This document shows, in pieces, positions 1-10,313 of a DNA stretch of 64,000 nucleotides (position 1 is the stretch's first letter; each line of letters starts with the position of its first letter). This DNA is from Armatimonadota bacterium (GTDB taxonomy: Bacteria; Armatimonadota; HRBIN16), in assembly GCA_963677485.1 (NCBI GenBank), contig OY781964.1:4576001-4640000 (forward strand), in the 5' to 3' direction. A model generated the notes under the pieces. The model was not told the DNA's origin and did no database searches. It saw nothing but the letters and a program-made list of their open reading frames with translations. The translations under genes were made by a program, and so were the position numbers.

Positions 1-79
1 TCATCTATCTTCATTGTACTGCAATTGGGCAGATACCTTAGAAATAGCCCATGGTTTTGTACTGCGATCACTGAGTAAA

Positions 80-108
80 TTGACACTGAAGGGCAGTGTA
101 GATAGACT
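80..108 (+). promoter_or_regulatory. Putative sigma70 promoter for the sulfatase operon, with an overlapping inverted repeat
   Basis: TTGACA (80-85), 17 nt, TAGACT (103-108). ACACTG-N5-CAGTGT palindrome at 83-99. Confidence 0.55.
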
Positions 109-161
109 TTATACATACGCGAAGGAACCTGTGAATATACAATCCTGGGGGTTGACGACCG

Positions 162-1502
162 ATGCGGATGAATCGACGAGAGTTTTTAGCTAAGACCGGT
201 TTGACGACTCTAGCTGTTTTAGCGGGTTCACAACATGCACAAGCTGCTCGTGAATCCACAAATGTCGTGTTTATCCTATGTGATGATTTAGCATATGGTG
301 ATTTGGGCTGTTATGGACAGAAGCTCATCCGTTCACCGAACATTGATCAGCTTGCGTCAGACGGGCTACGGTTTACCCATGGATACGCCTCTGCATCCTG
401 GTGCGCGCCATCACGCTGCAGCTTACTGACCGGTCTTCATCAGGGCCATGCCCGGGTACGCAATTCTGGCGGCAACCTCACTGCCCCAGACCTTTGTTTT
501 CCAACCCAGCTGAAGAGCGCCGGGTACACCACAGCCCACATCGGAAAATGGGGTTTAGGGGTGCCTAATGCGGAACAGGGGAATTTGCCCGCTGATAAGG
601 GTTGTGATTATTTCATCGGGTTCACTGATCATATCCACGCCCATGATAACTTCCCGGATTTTGTGTGGCAGCAGCAGGGGAGCAGCCCAGCTCAACCTGT
701 GTCCTTGCCCAAAGGAACATATGTGAACCGGTTGTTTGCCGATGAAGCATTCAAGTGGATTTCGGCGCAAGTTTCGGACAACAAGCCGTTCTTCCTAAAC
801 CTGAACTTTACCATTCCCCATGCTCATGCGGAGCTTAAGGATATCGGATGTCAGGCGCCTGGGCAAGGTCAGTATGCATCACTGAATCTGCCAGAAACTG
901 AGAAGAATTACGCAGCATCCATCACAGAACTGGATAAATACATCGGTGAACTGCGCACGCTTCTAATCAAACTTAACATCGAACGCAATACATTAATCAT
1001 CTTTACCAGCGATAATGGAGCCCATCAGGCCGGAGGGCATAAATATACCACCTTCCGCAGCACCGGTGATCTCACGGGTATGAAGTTTCAGATACGCGAC
1101 GGTGGTATCCGAGTGCCTTTAATCGCATGTTGGCCGGGAGTCATCAAGGCAGGCCGTGTCAGCACAGAGTTGGTGGCTAACTACGATGTCGCCGCGACCA
1201 TACTGGATGTCACCGGTTCTCCAGCTATGCCGGTGACTGATGGTGTCAGCTTGAAAGATGAGTTGTTGGGAACCCGCAGCCGAAGCCGAGAATATCTCTA
1301 TTTCGAACAAGATACGGGTGTTTTACAGCAGGCTGTGAAGTTGGGGCGATGGAAAGGCTACAGGGAAGGCGTCACCGGAACAATGGAGCTGTATGATATG
1401 TGGGCCAGTCCAAAAGAAGAGCCCTCGTTTAATATGGCTGACGGTAATTCCTCTGTGGTTCAACAGATTCAGGCCATCATGCAGCAAGAGCATAAATCAT
1501 GA
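162..1502 (+). CDS. Tat-exported Cys-type sulfatase (arylsulfatase A family)
   Basis: NRREFL twin-arginine signal; FILCDDL metal site; CAPSRCSLLTG sulfatase signature; GKWGLG; FTSDNG. Confidence 0.93.
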   Translation: MRMNRREFLAKTGLTTLAVLAGSQHAQAARESTNVVFILCDDLAYGDLGCYGQKLIRSPNIDQLASDGLRFTHGYASASWCAPSRCSLLTGLHQGHARVRNSGGNLTAPDLCFPTQLKSAGYTTAHIGKWGLGVPNAEQGNLPADKGCDYFIGFTDHIHAHDNFPDFVWQQQGSSPAQPVSLPKGTYVNRLFADEAFKWISAQVSDNKPFFLNLNFTIPHAHAELKDIGCQAPGQGQYASLNLPETEKNYAASITELDKYIGELRTLLIKLNIERNTLIIFTSDNGAHQAGGHKYTTFRSTGDLTGMKFQIRDGGIRVPLIACWPGVIKAGRVSTELVANYDVAATILDVTGSPAMPVTDGVSLKDELLGTRSRSREYLYFEQDTGVLQQAVKLGRWKGYREGVTGTMELYDMWASPKEEPSFNMADGNSSVVQQIQAIMQQEHKS

Positions 1503-2725
1503 TACCTCGCTTCACGCTAACGGTGGGGTTATGCGTTGCAGTCTTATGTGTTGGCCGATTCGGCGATAGATGTCTGGCGGCAGATGCTGTGTTCTCGAAT
1601 GTGAAGGCCGTCTACATCCCAAAACAAGCCAGGTTGGTGGTCGGATTCCAACTGACAGCTCCGTCACGCAGAACCATCAGGCTCCGTATATCCCGTGATG
1701 GTGGTAAGCGGTTCTTGCTGGCACCGGAGGTGTTCGGCGCGACAGCAACGACCACAGTGCTGCCGAACAGCAAACGCACGGAACTGAGCTGGAATGGCTT
1801 GAATTCTTATATAGGAAATAGCCCTTCTAAGCTTGTCATCGAGTTGACTGCATCGGAGGACAGATATCCTGGCTCTTTAGTGTATCTACCCAAAGGCGAG
1901 TTCATGATGGGTAACGCTGGTGTTGGTGATGACGCTGCCTGGAACTTCGCCAATGAAAAACCCGCCCATCGCGTCATGGTACCCGATCTGTATATCGCCA
2001 GGTTTGAGGTGCCCAGAGGCGCATACCGGGAGTTTATTCAGATGGGTGGCTATCAGCAGCAGGCCAACTGGAGTGAAGAGGGTTGGAAATGGCTGCAGAC
2101 AACCCGCCGAACCCAACCAGACCGCTGGAGCGAAGATCAGAACTTTGGCCGTGGTCGATTTACGCAGACCGATAGTCATCCGGTCATCGGTATTAGCTTC
2201 TACGAAGCCGAGGCATATAGCAAGTGGGCAGGGGTGCGGCTGCCGACGGAACCGGAGTGGGAAAAGGCGGCCAGATGGAATGGCAGCACGACCATGGTAT
2301 ATCCCTGGGGTAACACATGGAAGCCGATTGTGGATGATCCTAATAACCCTGAACGTAACTACTGCAACTGGCTTTACCAGACCGCCTCAACCGACTTCAA
2401 TACATTTGAGACTACACGGGCTGGCTGGTTTCCTAAGGATACATCGTACTATGGCTGCGTCGATATGTGCGGCAACGCCCTGGAGTGGGTATCCGATAGT
2501 TACCACGCGTATCCTGGTGGACAGGTGAGCGCGCCAGCTGGCGATAGGGTTCTGAAAGGCGGAAGCATCTACACCCAGCAGCCTGCGAGTGTCCGGTGCG
2601 CCGTCCGTGGGTTCATGAAGCCATCCGGTAACAGCTGGTATTTTTATACAGGATTTCGTGTGGCCGTCGATGCTGCCAAGGTAACACGAATCACGGCACC
2701 TGTGCTGGTGTCGGATACCAGGTAA
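1499..2725 (+). CDS. Secreted FGE-sulfatase (SUMF1/formylglycine-generating enzyme fold) domain protein, lacking the catalytic Cys pair
   Basis: Signal peptide; GEFMMG, RLPTEPEWEKAAR, YPWG, DMCGNALEW, KGGS, GFRV motifs; ATGA overlap with the sulfatase. Confidence 0.85.
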   Translation: MIPRFTLTVGLCVAVLCVGRFGDRCLAADAVFSNVKAVYIPKQARLVVGFQLTAPSRRTIRLRISRDGGKRFLLAPEVFGATATTTVLPNSKRTELSWNGLNSYIGNSPSKLVIELTASEDRYPGSLVYLPKGEFMMGNAGVGDDAAWNFANEKPAHRVMVPDLYIARFEVPRGAYREFIQMGGYQQQANWSEEGWKWLQTTRRTQPDRWSEDQNFGRGRFTQTDSHPVIGISFYEAEAYSKWAGVRLPTEPEWEKAARWNGSTTMVYPWGNTWKPIVDDPNNPERNYCNWLYQTASTDFNTFETTRAGWFPKDTSYYGCVDMCGNALEWVSDSYHAYPGGQVSAPAGDRVLKGGSIYTQQPASVRCAVRGFMKPSGNSWYFYTGFRVAVDAAKVTRITAPVLVSDTR

Positions 2726-2960
2726 TCGCTTGGCGGCTCATCGAGGTAACAAGGAATCCTGACCACTACCTGCTCTACTGACTCTTTGGCTTATCGACGG
2801 TTACGAACACATCTGGCCTACCTTGTGAAACGACAGCCTTGGACTCATCTATGGTTGACTCAATCTGGACGATCTTGTAACGGTATACCGGCATTAGTGG
2901 TTCCTATACTGGTAAAATGAATCTAGCTAACCACCCAAAAAAGAAGGACTTCAACTCAGA

Positions 2961-4196
2961 ATGCGAGCATTCGATAATATAGATACCGCACTTCAGGCGA
3001 TCAAACAGGGGCGATTTATTGTCGTCGTAGACGATGTCGATCGCGAAAACGAAGGCGACCTGCTGATGGCTGCCGAAAAGGTCACACCAGATTCGATCAA
3101 TTTCATGGCCATGCACGCACGCGGACTGGTCTGTCTGGCGGCGACCGCGAAACGACTGGATGAACTTCAGATCGGACCGATCGCACGCAACAATACCACA
3201 CGCCATGGCACGGCATTTATGGAGCCAATTGATGTTCATGCCGGCACCTCAACCGGTATTTCGGCATTTGATCGGGCCAAGACGGTCAACTGGTTCATTG
3301 ATCCTGCCGCGAAAGCTAACGACTTCGAACGCCCGGGGCACATCTTTCCACTGAAGGCGGTTGAGGGCGGTGTGCTGAAGCGAGCCGGTCATACCGAAGC
3401 GACAGTAGATTTTTGCCGTCTCGCCGGGCTGAAACCGGCTGGCGTGATCTGCGAGATCATGAGTGCTAACGGCTCGATGGCGCGCGTGCCCGAATTGCTT
3501 GAATTTGCCGAAACCCATGATTTGCCGATCGTCACAGTGGCTGATTTAATTCGCTACCGGCGCCAGAATGAGCGGCTGATCAATAAGGTCGCGAAGGTTA
3601 AGCTGCAAACATGCTATGGTGACTTTGAGGTTCATGCGTTTGAGAGCAGTGTGGACAGCAATCCGTATATCGCACTAGTCATGGGCGATGTGACAACGGA
3701 AGAACCAGTGCTAGTGAGGGTGCATAGCAGTTGTTTGACCGGTGATGTACTAAGCTCGTTAAGGTGCGACTGTGGTAACCAACTCCATAACGCCCTGAGT
3801 ACCATTTCAAAAGAGGGACGCGGTGTGCTTCTCTATATTCAGCAAGAAGGGCGCGGTATCGGCCTATTGAATAAGCTGAAAGCCTACGAGCTGCAGCAAA
3901 ACGAGGGCTTGGACACCGTCGATGCTAATATCGAACTTGGTTTTCGTCCCGATGAGCGCGATTATGGCATCGGAGCGCAGGTGCTGGTTGACCTAGGAAT
4001 ACGCCATATCCGCTTGTTGAGCAATAATCCGACCAAGCGTGTAGGCTTGCAGGCGTATGGCCTTGAGATCGCTGAGGTGGTGCCTCTGCTGGTGGCTCCG
4101 AACGAGTACAACGAGTTTTATCTGCACACCAAACAGCAGAAAATGGGTCATGACATGCCGGATATGATGTTCCAAACAAACGAAGAGGAAGAATAA
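2961..4196 (+). CDS. ribBA: Bifunctional DHBP synthase / GTP cyclohydrolase II
   Basis: [43 protein letters not shown]. Confidence 0.97.
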   Translation: MRAFDNIDTALQAIKQGRFIVVVDDVDRENEGDLLMAAEKVTPDSINFMAMHARGLVCLAATAKRLDELQIGPIARNNTTRHGTAFMEPIDVHAGTSTGISAFDRAKTVNWFIDPAAKANDFERPGHIFPLKAVEGGVLKRAGHTEATVDFCRLAGLKPAGVICEIMSANGSMARVPELLEFAETHDLPIVTVADLIRYRRQNERLINKVAKVKLQTCYGDFEVHAFESSVDSNPYIALVMGDVTTEEPVLVRVHSSCLTGDVLSSLRCDCGNQLHNALSTISKEGRGVLLYIQQEGRGIGLLNKLKAYELQQNEGLDTVDANIELGFRPDERDYGIGAQVLVDLGIRHIRLLSNNPTKRVGLQAYGLEIAEVVPLLVAPNEYNEFYLHTKQQKMGHDMPDMMFQTNEEEE

Positions 4197-4197
4197 T

Positions 4198-4665
4198 ATG
4201 CCTAAGGTATTAGAAGGACAACTCACAGCTCAGGGTTTGAAGGTCGGTATCGTGATAAGCCGCTTTAACGAGTTCATCACAAGCAGGCTGCTTGGGGGAG
4301 CTATCGATTGCTTAAGCCGGCATGGCGCTGATGTTGAAAATGATGTGACGGTTGCGTGGGTACCAGGTGCCTGGGAGATACCTCTCATCGCCAAAAAAAT
4401 GGCTAAAAGTGGCGAGTTCGATGCGGTCATCTGTCTGGGGTGCCTTATACGTGGTACCACCGCGCACTTCGATTATATCGCAGCAGAAGCCAGCAAGGGT
4501 ATAGGCCACGCGGCGTTGGAGAGCGAAGTTCCAGTTGTGTTCGGGGTGCTGACGACCGAAAACATCGAACAGGCCATCGAGCGCGCTGGCACCAAAGCGG
4601 GCAACAAGGGTTCAGACGCTGCCATGACAGCCATGGAAATGGCTAACCTGTTAAAACTTCTATAA
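4198..4665 (+). CDS. ribH: 6,7-dimethyl-8-ribityllumazine synthase
   Basis: [31 protein letters not shown]. Confidence 0.97.
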   Translation: MPKVLEGQLTAQGLKVGIVISRFNEFITSRLLGGAIDCLSRHGADVENDVTVAWVPGAWEIPLIAKKMAKSGEFDAVICLGCLIRGTTAHFDYIAAEASKGIGHAALESEVPVVFGVLTTENIEQAIERAGTKAGNKGSDAAMTAMEMANLLKLL

Positions 4666-4687
4666 ATACTGACTATTAGGTGCCCAC

Positions 4688-5122
4688 ATGGAAAATGATA
4701 AGAAGACTCTGGAAGCCGTAGAGACACTTTTAAAACTCGCTGACAGATACCAGTTGAAGCAACTGGATTGGAGCGATGGCGAGTTGGCTGTCGAGATCGA
4801 ACGTCCTGATGGCGATCTAGTGGTAGCACCGATATCTGTGGCGGGGCTGGATGCGATGAGCGAAGACAGTCTCATCACGGTCGAATCGCCGATCGCGGGA
4901 CTGTTCTACAGGGCTGGGTCGCCTGAAGACCGCCCATATGTGGACATCGGTGATGAAGTGAGTGTCGGACAGATTGTGGCTCTTATCGAGGCGATGAAAG
5001 TGTTCAACGAAATCGCATCTGAAGTGAGCGGCGAAGTGGTCACTGTCTGTGTAGAGAACGGTCAGATGGTTCGTTCAGGCGATCCGTTGTACAAGTTGAA
5101 ACCGGTGGAGGGAAAATCGTGA
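4688..5122 (+). CDS. accB: Acetyl-CoA carboxylase biotin carboxyl carrier protein
   Basis: SPIAGLFY and EAMK biotinylation motif. Confidence 0.9.
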   Translation: MENDKKTLEAVETLLKLADRYQLKQLDWSDGELAVEIERPDGDLVVAPISVAGLDAMSEDSLITVESPIAGLFYRAGSPEDRPYVDIGDEVSVGQIVALIEAMKVFNEIASEVSGEVVTVCVENGQMVRSGDPLYKLKPVEGKS

Positions 5123-6429
5123 ATAGAAAGCAGATAAATGTAGGCCTTATCGGTATGGGCATCGTCGGCACTGGAGCAGCTAAAGTTCTAGTGGAAAATG
5201 CCGATTTGATTACCGCCAAAGTCGGTATACCAGTCAAACTGACCAAAGTGGCCGATAAAGATATCGTCACGAAGCGTCCTGTGGAATTGGACCCGTCTGT
5301 TTTCACAACAGATGCCAATGAGTTGCTTAACGATCCTGATATCGACATCGTCATCGAACTGATTGGCGGCGTGCATCCTGCGAAGGAGTTCGTACATACC
5401 GCCTTAGCCAACGGGAAGCATGTGGTCACCGCTAACAAAGAGTTGATTGCTAAAGATGGTCATGAACTCATGGATATGGCTGACCAAAATAAACTCGACT
5501 TTATGTTTGAAGGTGCTGTCGGCGGAGGGATCCCGATCATTGGCCCTATGAAGACGGTTCTGGCTGCGAACCGGATCAAACGGGTGATGGGAATTGTCAA
5601 CGGAACGACCAACTTCATTCTCACGAAGATGGCGGAAGATGGTGCCGACTTTGACAGCGTGCTGAAAGAAGCACAGGCGATGGGATATGCCGAGGCCAAC
5701 CCAACTGCTGATGTCGAAGGATATGATGCTAAGTACAAAATCGCGATTCTGGCTTCGATAGGGTTTGTCTGTCGCGTGAATGTGGATGACGTCTACTGCG
5801 AGGGCATTACGAAGATAGCTGCCGATGAAATGCGATGGGCGAAAGAACTTGGATATGTCATCAAGCTGGTGGCGATCGCGTCTGCCTCCGATGACGGCAA
5901 GATGGCGATCCGTGTCCATCCAGTGATGCTGCATGAGACGCACCCACTAGCAAGCGTGCGTGGTGTCTCTAACGCCATCATGGTGAACGGTGATGCTGTC
6001 GGGGATGTGATGTTCTTCGGTCCTGGTGCTGGCAGTATGCCGACGGGCAGCGTAGTGGCCGGTGATGTGGTTGATATCGCACGAAACATGGTTAAGAATG
6101 CCAATGGACGCGTGGGATGCACCTGCTTTGAACACCGTGATGTCACTCCGATGGATCAGGTGGTCTCGAGCCACTACCTGCGGATGCGCGTCATCGATCG
6201 TCCCAATGTCCTTGCTCAAGTAGCCGGGGTGCTTGGAGCCAATGACATCAGTGTGCGTACGGTCGTGCAGCGCCAGCGTCTGGATGAATTTGCCGAGATA
6301 GTATGGATCACCCATCCCGCCACCGAGGGCGATTTCCGCAGAGCCGTTTCTGAGCTGAAGAGGGTACCTGTGGTGACGAGTGTATGTGCCACGATGCATG
6401 TGGAGTTTCCTGCAGGATCCAAATACTAA
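5119..6429 (+). CDS. hom: Homoserine dehydrogenase with C-terminal ACT domain
   Basis: GMGIVG, HVVTANK, VGGGIP, NGTTNFIL, GYAEANP, GPGAG. Confidence 0.96.
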   Translation: MNRKQINVGLIGMGIVGTGAAKVLVENADLITAKVGIPVKLTKVADKDIVTKRPVELDPSVFTTDANELLNDPDIDIVIELIGGVHPAKEFVHTALANGKHVVTANKELIAKDGHELMDMADQNKLDFMFEGAVGGGIPIIGPMKTVLAANRIKRVMGIVNGTTNFILTKMAEDGADFDSVLKEAQAMGYAEANPTADVEGYDAKYKIAILASIGFVCRVNVDDVYCEGITKIAADEMRWAKELGYVIKLVAIASASDDGKMAIRVHPVMLHETHPLASVRGVSNAIMVNGDAVGDVMFFGPGAGSMPTGSVVAGDVVDIARNMVKNANGRVGCTCFEHRDVTPMDQVVSSHYLRMRVIDRPNVLAQVAGVLGANDISVRTVVQRQRLDEFAEIVWITHPATEGDFRRAVSELKRVPVVTSVCATMHVEFPAGSKY

Positions 6430-6448
6430 TTATTAGCTAGGTGGCCTC

Positions 6449-7525
6449 TTGAGGCTCAAACTTGTAGACCGTTTAGTTCTGAGTGAGCTGGTGGTGCCAT
6501 TTCTGGTCGGCACAGCCGCCGTCACCATGATGCTAATCGGTAATATGCTGTTCTACTATGCGGAACCTCTTTTTGCTAAAGGGGTTCCGATATTAGCTGT
6601 GCTGCAGCTTATTGTTTACCATACGCCCTCTCTTCTTGTTCTCACACTTCCAGTTGGCACGGCTGTAGCCGTCAGCCTGGCCATCAACAGGCTTCAACGT
6701 GATTCAGAGCTGACGGTCATCCGCGGTACAGGGATCAGCCTTAGACGCGTATTCGTGCCAATATTAATGGTAGGGATATTGATTGGAGCGATGAATCTGG
6801 TGCTGAGCGAGCTGGTTGTGCCTAAAGCGGAAGGTGCCTTCAGACGGCTTCGGGACCGCATTTACATGATGCAGACCTCACCCCTTCTCCGCCAAAATGT
6901 TGTGTTTCGGATGCAGAACTACACGTTCTACATCGGCGAAATCTACCGCAACGATGAGAAGGTCACCGAAGTGGGCAATGTCATGATCATTCAGGACGGC
7001 CTACCATACCCACGGACTGTAGTGGCACCGCGCGCTGACTATAGAGACGGTGTGTGGGTGCTGCACAAAGCGGTCGTGCATATCTACGGTGAGGATGGCA
7101 CCGCCATTGATGCCGTGGCCAAAGGCCTGATGAAAATAAACCTTCGGGTGGCCATATCCGATATCGTCTCGCCCCCTGCTCCCGAGGAAACCAGCGCAAT
7201 GGATTTGCGCAAGCAAGCCGTCATTGCTCAGAACTCCGGCATTGATGCCACCCGTTTATGGGTCAGCTATCACTTCAAGCTAGCGGTGCCATTTGCGTGC
7301 GTCGTGTTCGCTCTGTGCAGCATGCCGTTGGCCCTTAAATTTGCCAGAGCAGGCAGCTTTATGGGCGTGCTTTTGGCTATCGTGCTGGTCTTCGTCTTCT
7401 GGAACACGCTGCTGTTGTTCAAACTATTTGGTAACCAGGGATTGGTACCGCCTGTGGTGGCCGCCTGGATACCCAACTCGTTTTTCGGCATCATAGGGCT
7501 GTGGTTGCTTGCCAAATCAGATTAG
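6449..7525 (+). CDS. LptF/LptG family LPS export ABC permease
   Basis: 3 TM helices, RDSELTVIRGTGIS, periplasmic beta-jellyroll, 3 TM helices ending AAWIPN. Confidence 0.9.
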   Translation: MRLKLVDRLVLSELVVPFLVGTAAVTMMLIGNMLFYYAEPLFAKGVPILAVLQLIVYHTPSLLVLTLPVGTAVAVSLAINRLQRDSELTVIRGTGISLRRVFVPILMVGILIGAMNLVLSELVVPKAEGAFRRLRDRIYMMQTSPLLRQNVVFRMQNYTFYIGEIYRNDEKVTEVGNVMIIQDGLPYPRTVVAPRADYRDGVWVLHKAVVHIYGEDGTAIDAVAKGLMKINLRVAISDIVSPPAPEETSAMDLRKQAVIAQNSGIDATRLWVSYHFKLAVPFACVVFALCSMPLALKFARAGSFMGVLLAIVLVFVFWNTLLLFKLFGNQGLVPPVVAAWIPNSFFGIIGLWLLAKSD

Positions 7526-7594
7526 CTTTGGCGGCTACCTGGTTATGTGTGAGCACCTGCTCGTGCTGACACTGCAGCCCAGGCTGTAACTGAT

Positions 7595-7615
7595 ACAAGG
7601 GGCGCCCCTACGACC
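7595..7615 (-). repeat. Partial GTAG-type REP copy
   Basis: ACAAGGGGCGCCCCTACGAC matches the right arm of the 54563-54649 palindrome with 1 mismatch. Confidence 0.6.
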
Positions 7616-7652
7616 GGGTACATGCAAGCGACGTGATTCATAGGAGGTTGGT

Positions 7653-10310
7653 ATGACAATACAGGACGGGATGAGTGGCTATAACGCTCGACAAGAGATA
7701 CTGCCGCATATGGTCATCTCAGCGGAGTGGCTGGGTGAACTACGGCGTTGTGAAACCGCGATATCGGTCGGGCAGTGGTTAGCGCAATATCGTAGTAAGG
7801 TGATGGAAACAAGCCAGGAGCTGCCTGGCGGATTATCGCTTTGCCGCATTTTCACCGCGCTAGTCGATTCCTGTATCAGCCGTCTCTACGACTTGGCGAT
7901 CAGTGAAGCTGGGATAGACCAAGCCCCTCAGATGTGTGTCGTCGCAACCGGCGGATACGGAAGGCTGGATCTGTGTGCGCATAGCGATATCGATGTGACC
8001 TTCATCCCGGCCAGTGATGCGGAGAGTTCGTGTGAGCGTGTGATCCGCAGCATGTACCGCATGTTGATCATCGCCTTCATGGACCAGGCCAAAATGACGA
8101 TCGGATATGCGTATCGATTAATTGATGACTGCGGCAGCCTTGACCATGGTACGCAGACAAATCTGGTTGATGCGCGGATCATTACCGGTTCAAGGCATGT
8201 TTTTGCCTTATTTCTGCAGGAATACTGGAGCCAGTTCAACGCTGCCGACTTTGTGTTTCGAAAAATCGCCGAACGCAATGAGGTCATCAAGAAGTTCGGT
8301 ATAAGCCTTTATAGCGTCGAACCTCACTTAAAAGAGGCCGTAGGTGGGTTACGCGACATACACATGATCCGCTGGCTTGGAGCCGGCAAGGCATGTCTGA
8401 CGACCGGCGGTGACTGGGCTAATGTGGCAGGGCAGGGGTTGATCGACCCCGAGGATGTAGACACATTGGTAGCCGCCCATGAGTTTATTACGACGGTGCG
8501 GAACCATCTGCATATACTGGCTGGTGAAGAACGTGACATACTCACTGCCGAAAAGCAGGATGCCATCTGCCAGCGAATGGGCTACCAAACGCAGAATGAA
8601 ACTCCGGCAGTTGAGTTGTTCATGCGCGAGTTCTATACACATTCAGCCCATGTTTCCCGTATCAGCCGCAAGGCGCAAATGCGGGCCAAGAAGGCCAAGT
8701 ATCTGGTGGGGCTCGGTCTGGATGTGGAGAATGAAGAACTCATACCCAATATCCCCCTGTTACAGATGCAGGACTTGAGCTGGATGATCCAAGCTGTCAG
8801 CATCGCCCAAGAATACGAGTTGAACCTCAGTGAGCGGCTTATCGCAATCATTCGTAAGATGGTGGTAGAAAACCCAGATATCCGGAGTATCGCGGATGTA
8901 GCGGATGAATTTTTCAACATGTTGCGAAGACCCCATTCGGTGTGCCGTTCGATGCGGATGTTGTCAGATACCGGGTTGCTGGGATGGATTCTGCCCGAGT
9001 TCGAATATACGATGGCGTTGATACCGTATGATCCTTCGCACGAGTTTACAGTGGGCGAACACAGCTTGCGAGTGCTAGAAAACATCGAAAAGTTCCATGA
9101 CATTTCGGACCACAACTACATGGACTACCGTCGCATACTGCAAGAGATTCCCAACCAGGAGGCTATCTATATGGCCGCCTTGTTGCATGATATCGGCAAA
9201 GCCAGGATGGGGGATCACTGCGTCAATGGTGTGTTGATGTGTCGCGATGTCTGCGCCAGGCTGCTTGTATCTGAAGAGGTACAGAGTGATATTGAGTTTA
9301 TCATCGATAACCACTTACTGATGGCCGAAACTTCGCGGATGTTTGACCTAAACTTGGATGAGACGATCGCGACCTTCTGCAAAAATATCGAGACCGTGGA
9401 CCGGTTGAACCTACTATATCTTTTCACGTATGCTGATGAGAAAGCCGTGGCACCCGGATTATGGAGCGAAATCAAAGCCAACTACCAGCGTGATCTTTAT
9501 AAGAAATCCGTGAACTACCTGACCGAAGGGATGAATGAGGAGAGCGGTCCTCAGGATATCGGCAGATACTATAGGCGGCTGGTGAAAGATCTACAGTTGG
9601 AGAAGTTTGATGAAAACCAGGTGAAACTTCACTTGGAAGAGATGTCTGCGGCGTATCTTCTCAACACCCCTCAGGAAGTGGTGGCGCTACACATCAAGAT
9701 GGCCTCTGCCGTGGCCGATGGACGCCCGCAAATCGCCTTTCATACACAGCCTGGTAGTGATACGACCGAAGTGATCATCTGTGCTCCTGATGATCCGCTG
9801 CCGGGACTGATGGCCAAAATCGCAGGTGTGTTTTACGCGGCAGGCTGTGTGGTGCATAATGCCACGGTATACACCCGGATTGGGGCCGTGAACATTGCGA
9901 TCGATACATTCGTCATTGATTACCGAGGCCGGGCTATTCAGACCAGTAAACGATCTGAGTTAGAACAGAACCTGACGGATGTGCTCACTGGCGCCAAATC
10001 CGTGGAGGAGCTAATCAAACAGCACCGCCGACGTAACGCTGTCTGGCCAGAGTTGAATTCTGTCACGATACGTCATGACCTGGCTAAAGAGTTTAGTGTA
10101 GTGGAGATCCGTGCCAGCGATACCCCTGGAATCTTGTTCTGGGCCAGCAGAGGGGTTAGTCAGCTAGGATGGAATATCTACAGTGCTAAGCTCAGTATGT
10201 GGGCAGGAAATGCCGTGGTGGTGTTCTATGTTCAGGATCTGTCCGATATGAAGGGCAATGAGGCATCAGAACGGTTGCGTCCTATACTGATCGACCGTGA
10301 CATTCTGTAG
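7653..10310 (+). CDS. glnD: PII uridylyltransferase / uridylyl-removing enzyme
   Basis: ATGGYGR..SDID nucleotidyltransferase, EPHLKE..GGLRD, HD domain (LLHDIGK), C-terminal ACT domains; AGGAGG RBS. Confidence 0.9.
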   Translation: MTIQDGMSGYNARQEILPHMVISAEWLGELRRCETAISVGQWLAQYRSKVMETSQELPGGLSLCRIFTALVDSCISRLYDLAISEAGIDQAPQMCVVATGGYGRLDLCAHSDIDVTFIPASDAESSCERVIRSMYRMLIIAFMDQAKMTIGYAYRLIDDCGSLDHGTQTNLVDARIITGSRHVFALFLQEYWSQFNAADFVFRKIAERNEVIKKFGISLYSVEPHLKEAVGGLRDIHMIRWLGAGKACLTTGGDWANVAGQGLIDPEDVDTLVAAHEFITTVRNHLHILAGEERDILTAEKQDAICQRMGYQTQNETPAVELFMREFYTHSAHVSRISRKAQMRAKKAKYLVGLGLDVENEELIPNIPLLQMQDLSWMIQAVSIAQEYELNLSERLIAIIRKMVVENPDIRSIADVADEFFNMLRRPHSVCRSMRMLSDTGLLGWILPEFEYTMALIPYDPSHEFTVGEHSLRVLENIEKFHDISDHNYMDYRRILQEIPNQEAIYMAALLHDIGKARMGDHCVNGVLMCRDVCARLLVSEEVQSDIEFIIDNHLLMAETSRMFDLNLDETIATFCKNIETVDRLNLLYLFTYADEKAVAPGLWSEIKANYQRDLYKKSVNYLTEGMNEESGPQDIGRYYRRLVKDLQLEKFDENQVKLHLEEMSAAYLLNTPQEVVALHIKMASAVADGRPQIAFHTQPGSDTTEVIICAPDDPLPGLMAKIAGVFYAAGCVVHNATVYTRIGAVNIAIDTFVIDYRGRAIQTSKRSELEQNLTDVLTGAKSVEELIKQHRRRNAVWPELNSVTIRHDLAKEFSVVEIRASDTPGILFWASRGVSQLGWNIYSAKLSMWAGNAVVVFYVQDLSDMKGNEASERLRPILIDRDIL

Positions 10311-10313
10311 GCG

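Noticed and set aside
2540-2725. FGE/CLec C-terminus as a diversity-generating retroelement target
   Set aside because: No template repeat differing at adenines and no reverse transcriptase in the window
2726-2960. FMN riboswitch upstream of ribBA
   Set aside because: No RFN consensus (AGGGCGGGGTGAAATTCCC.ACCGGCGGT, GGATG.GAG) is visible
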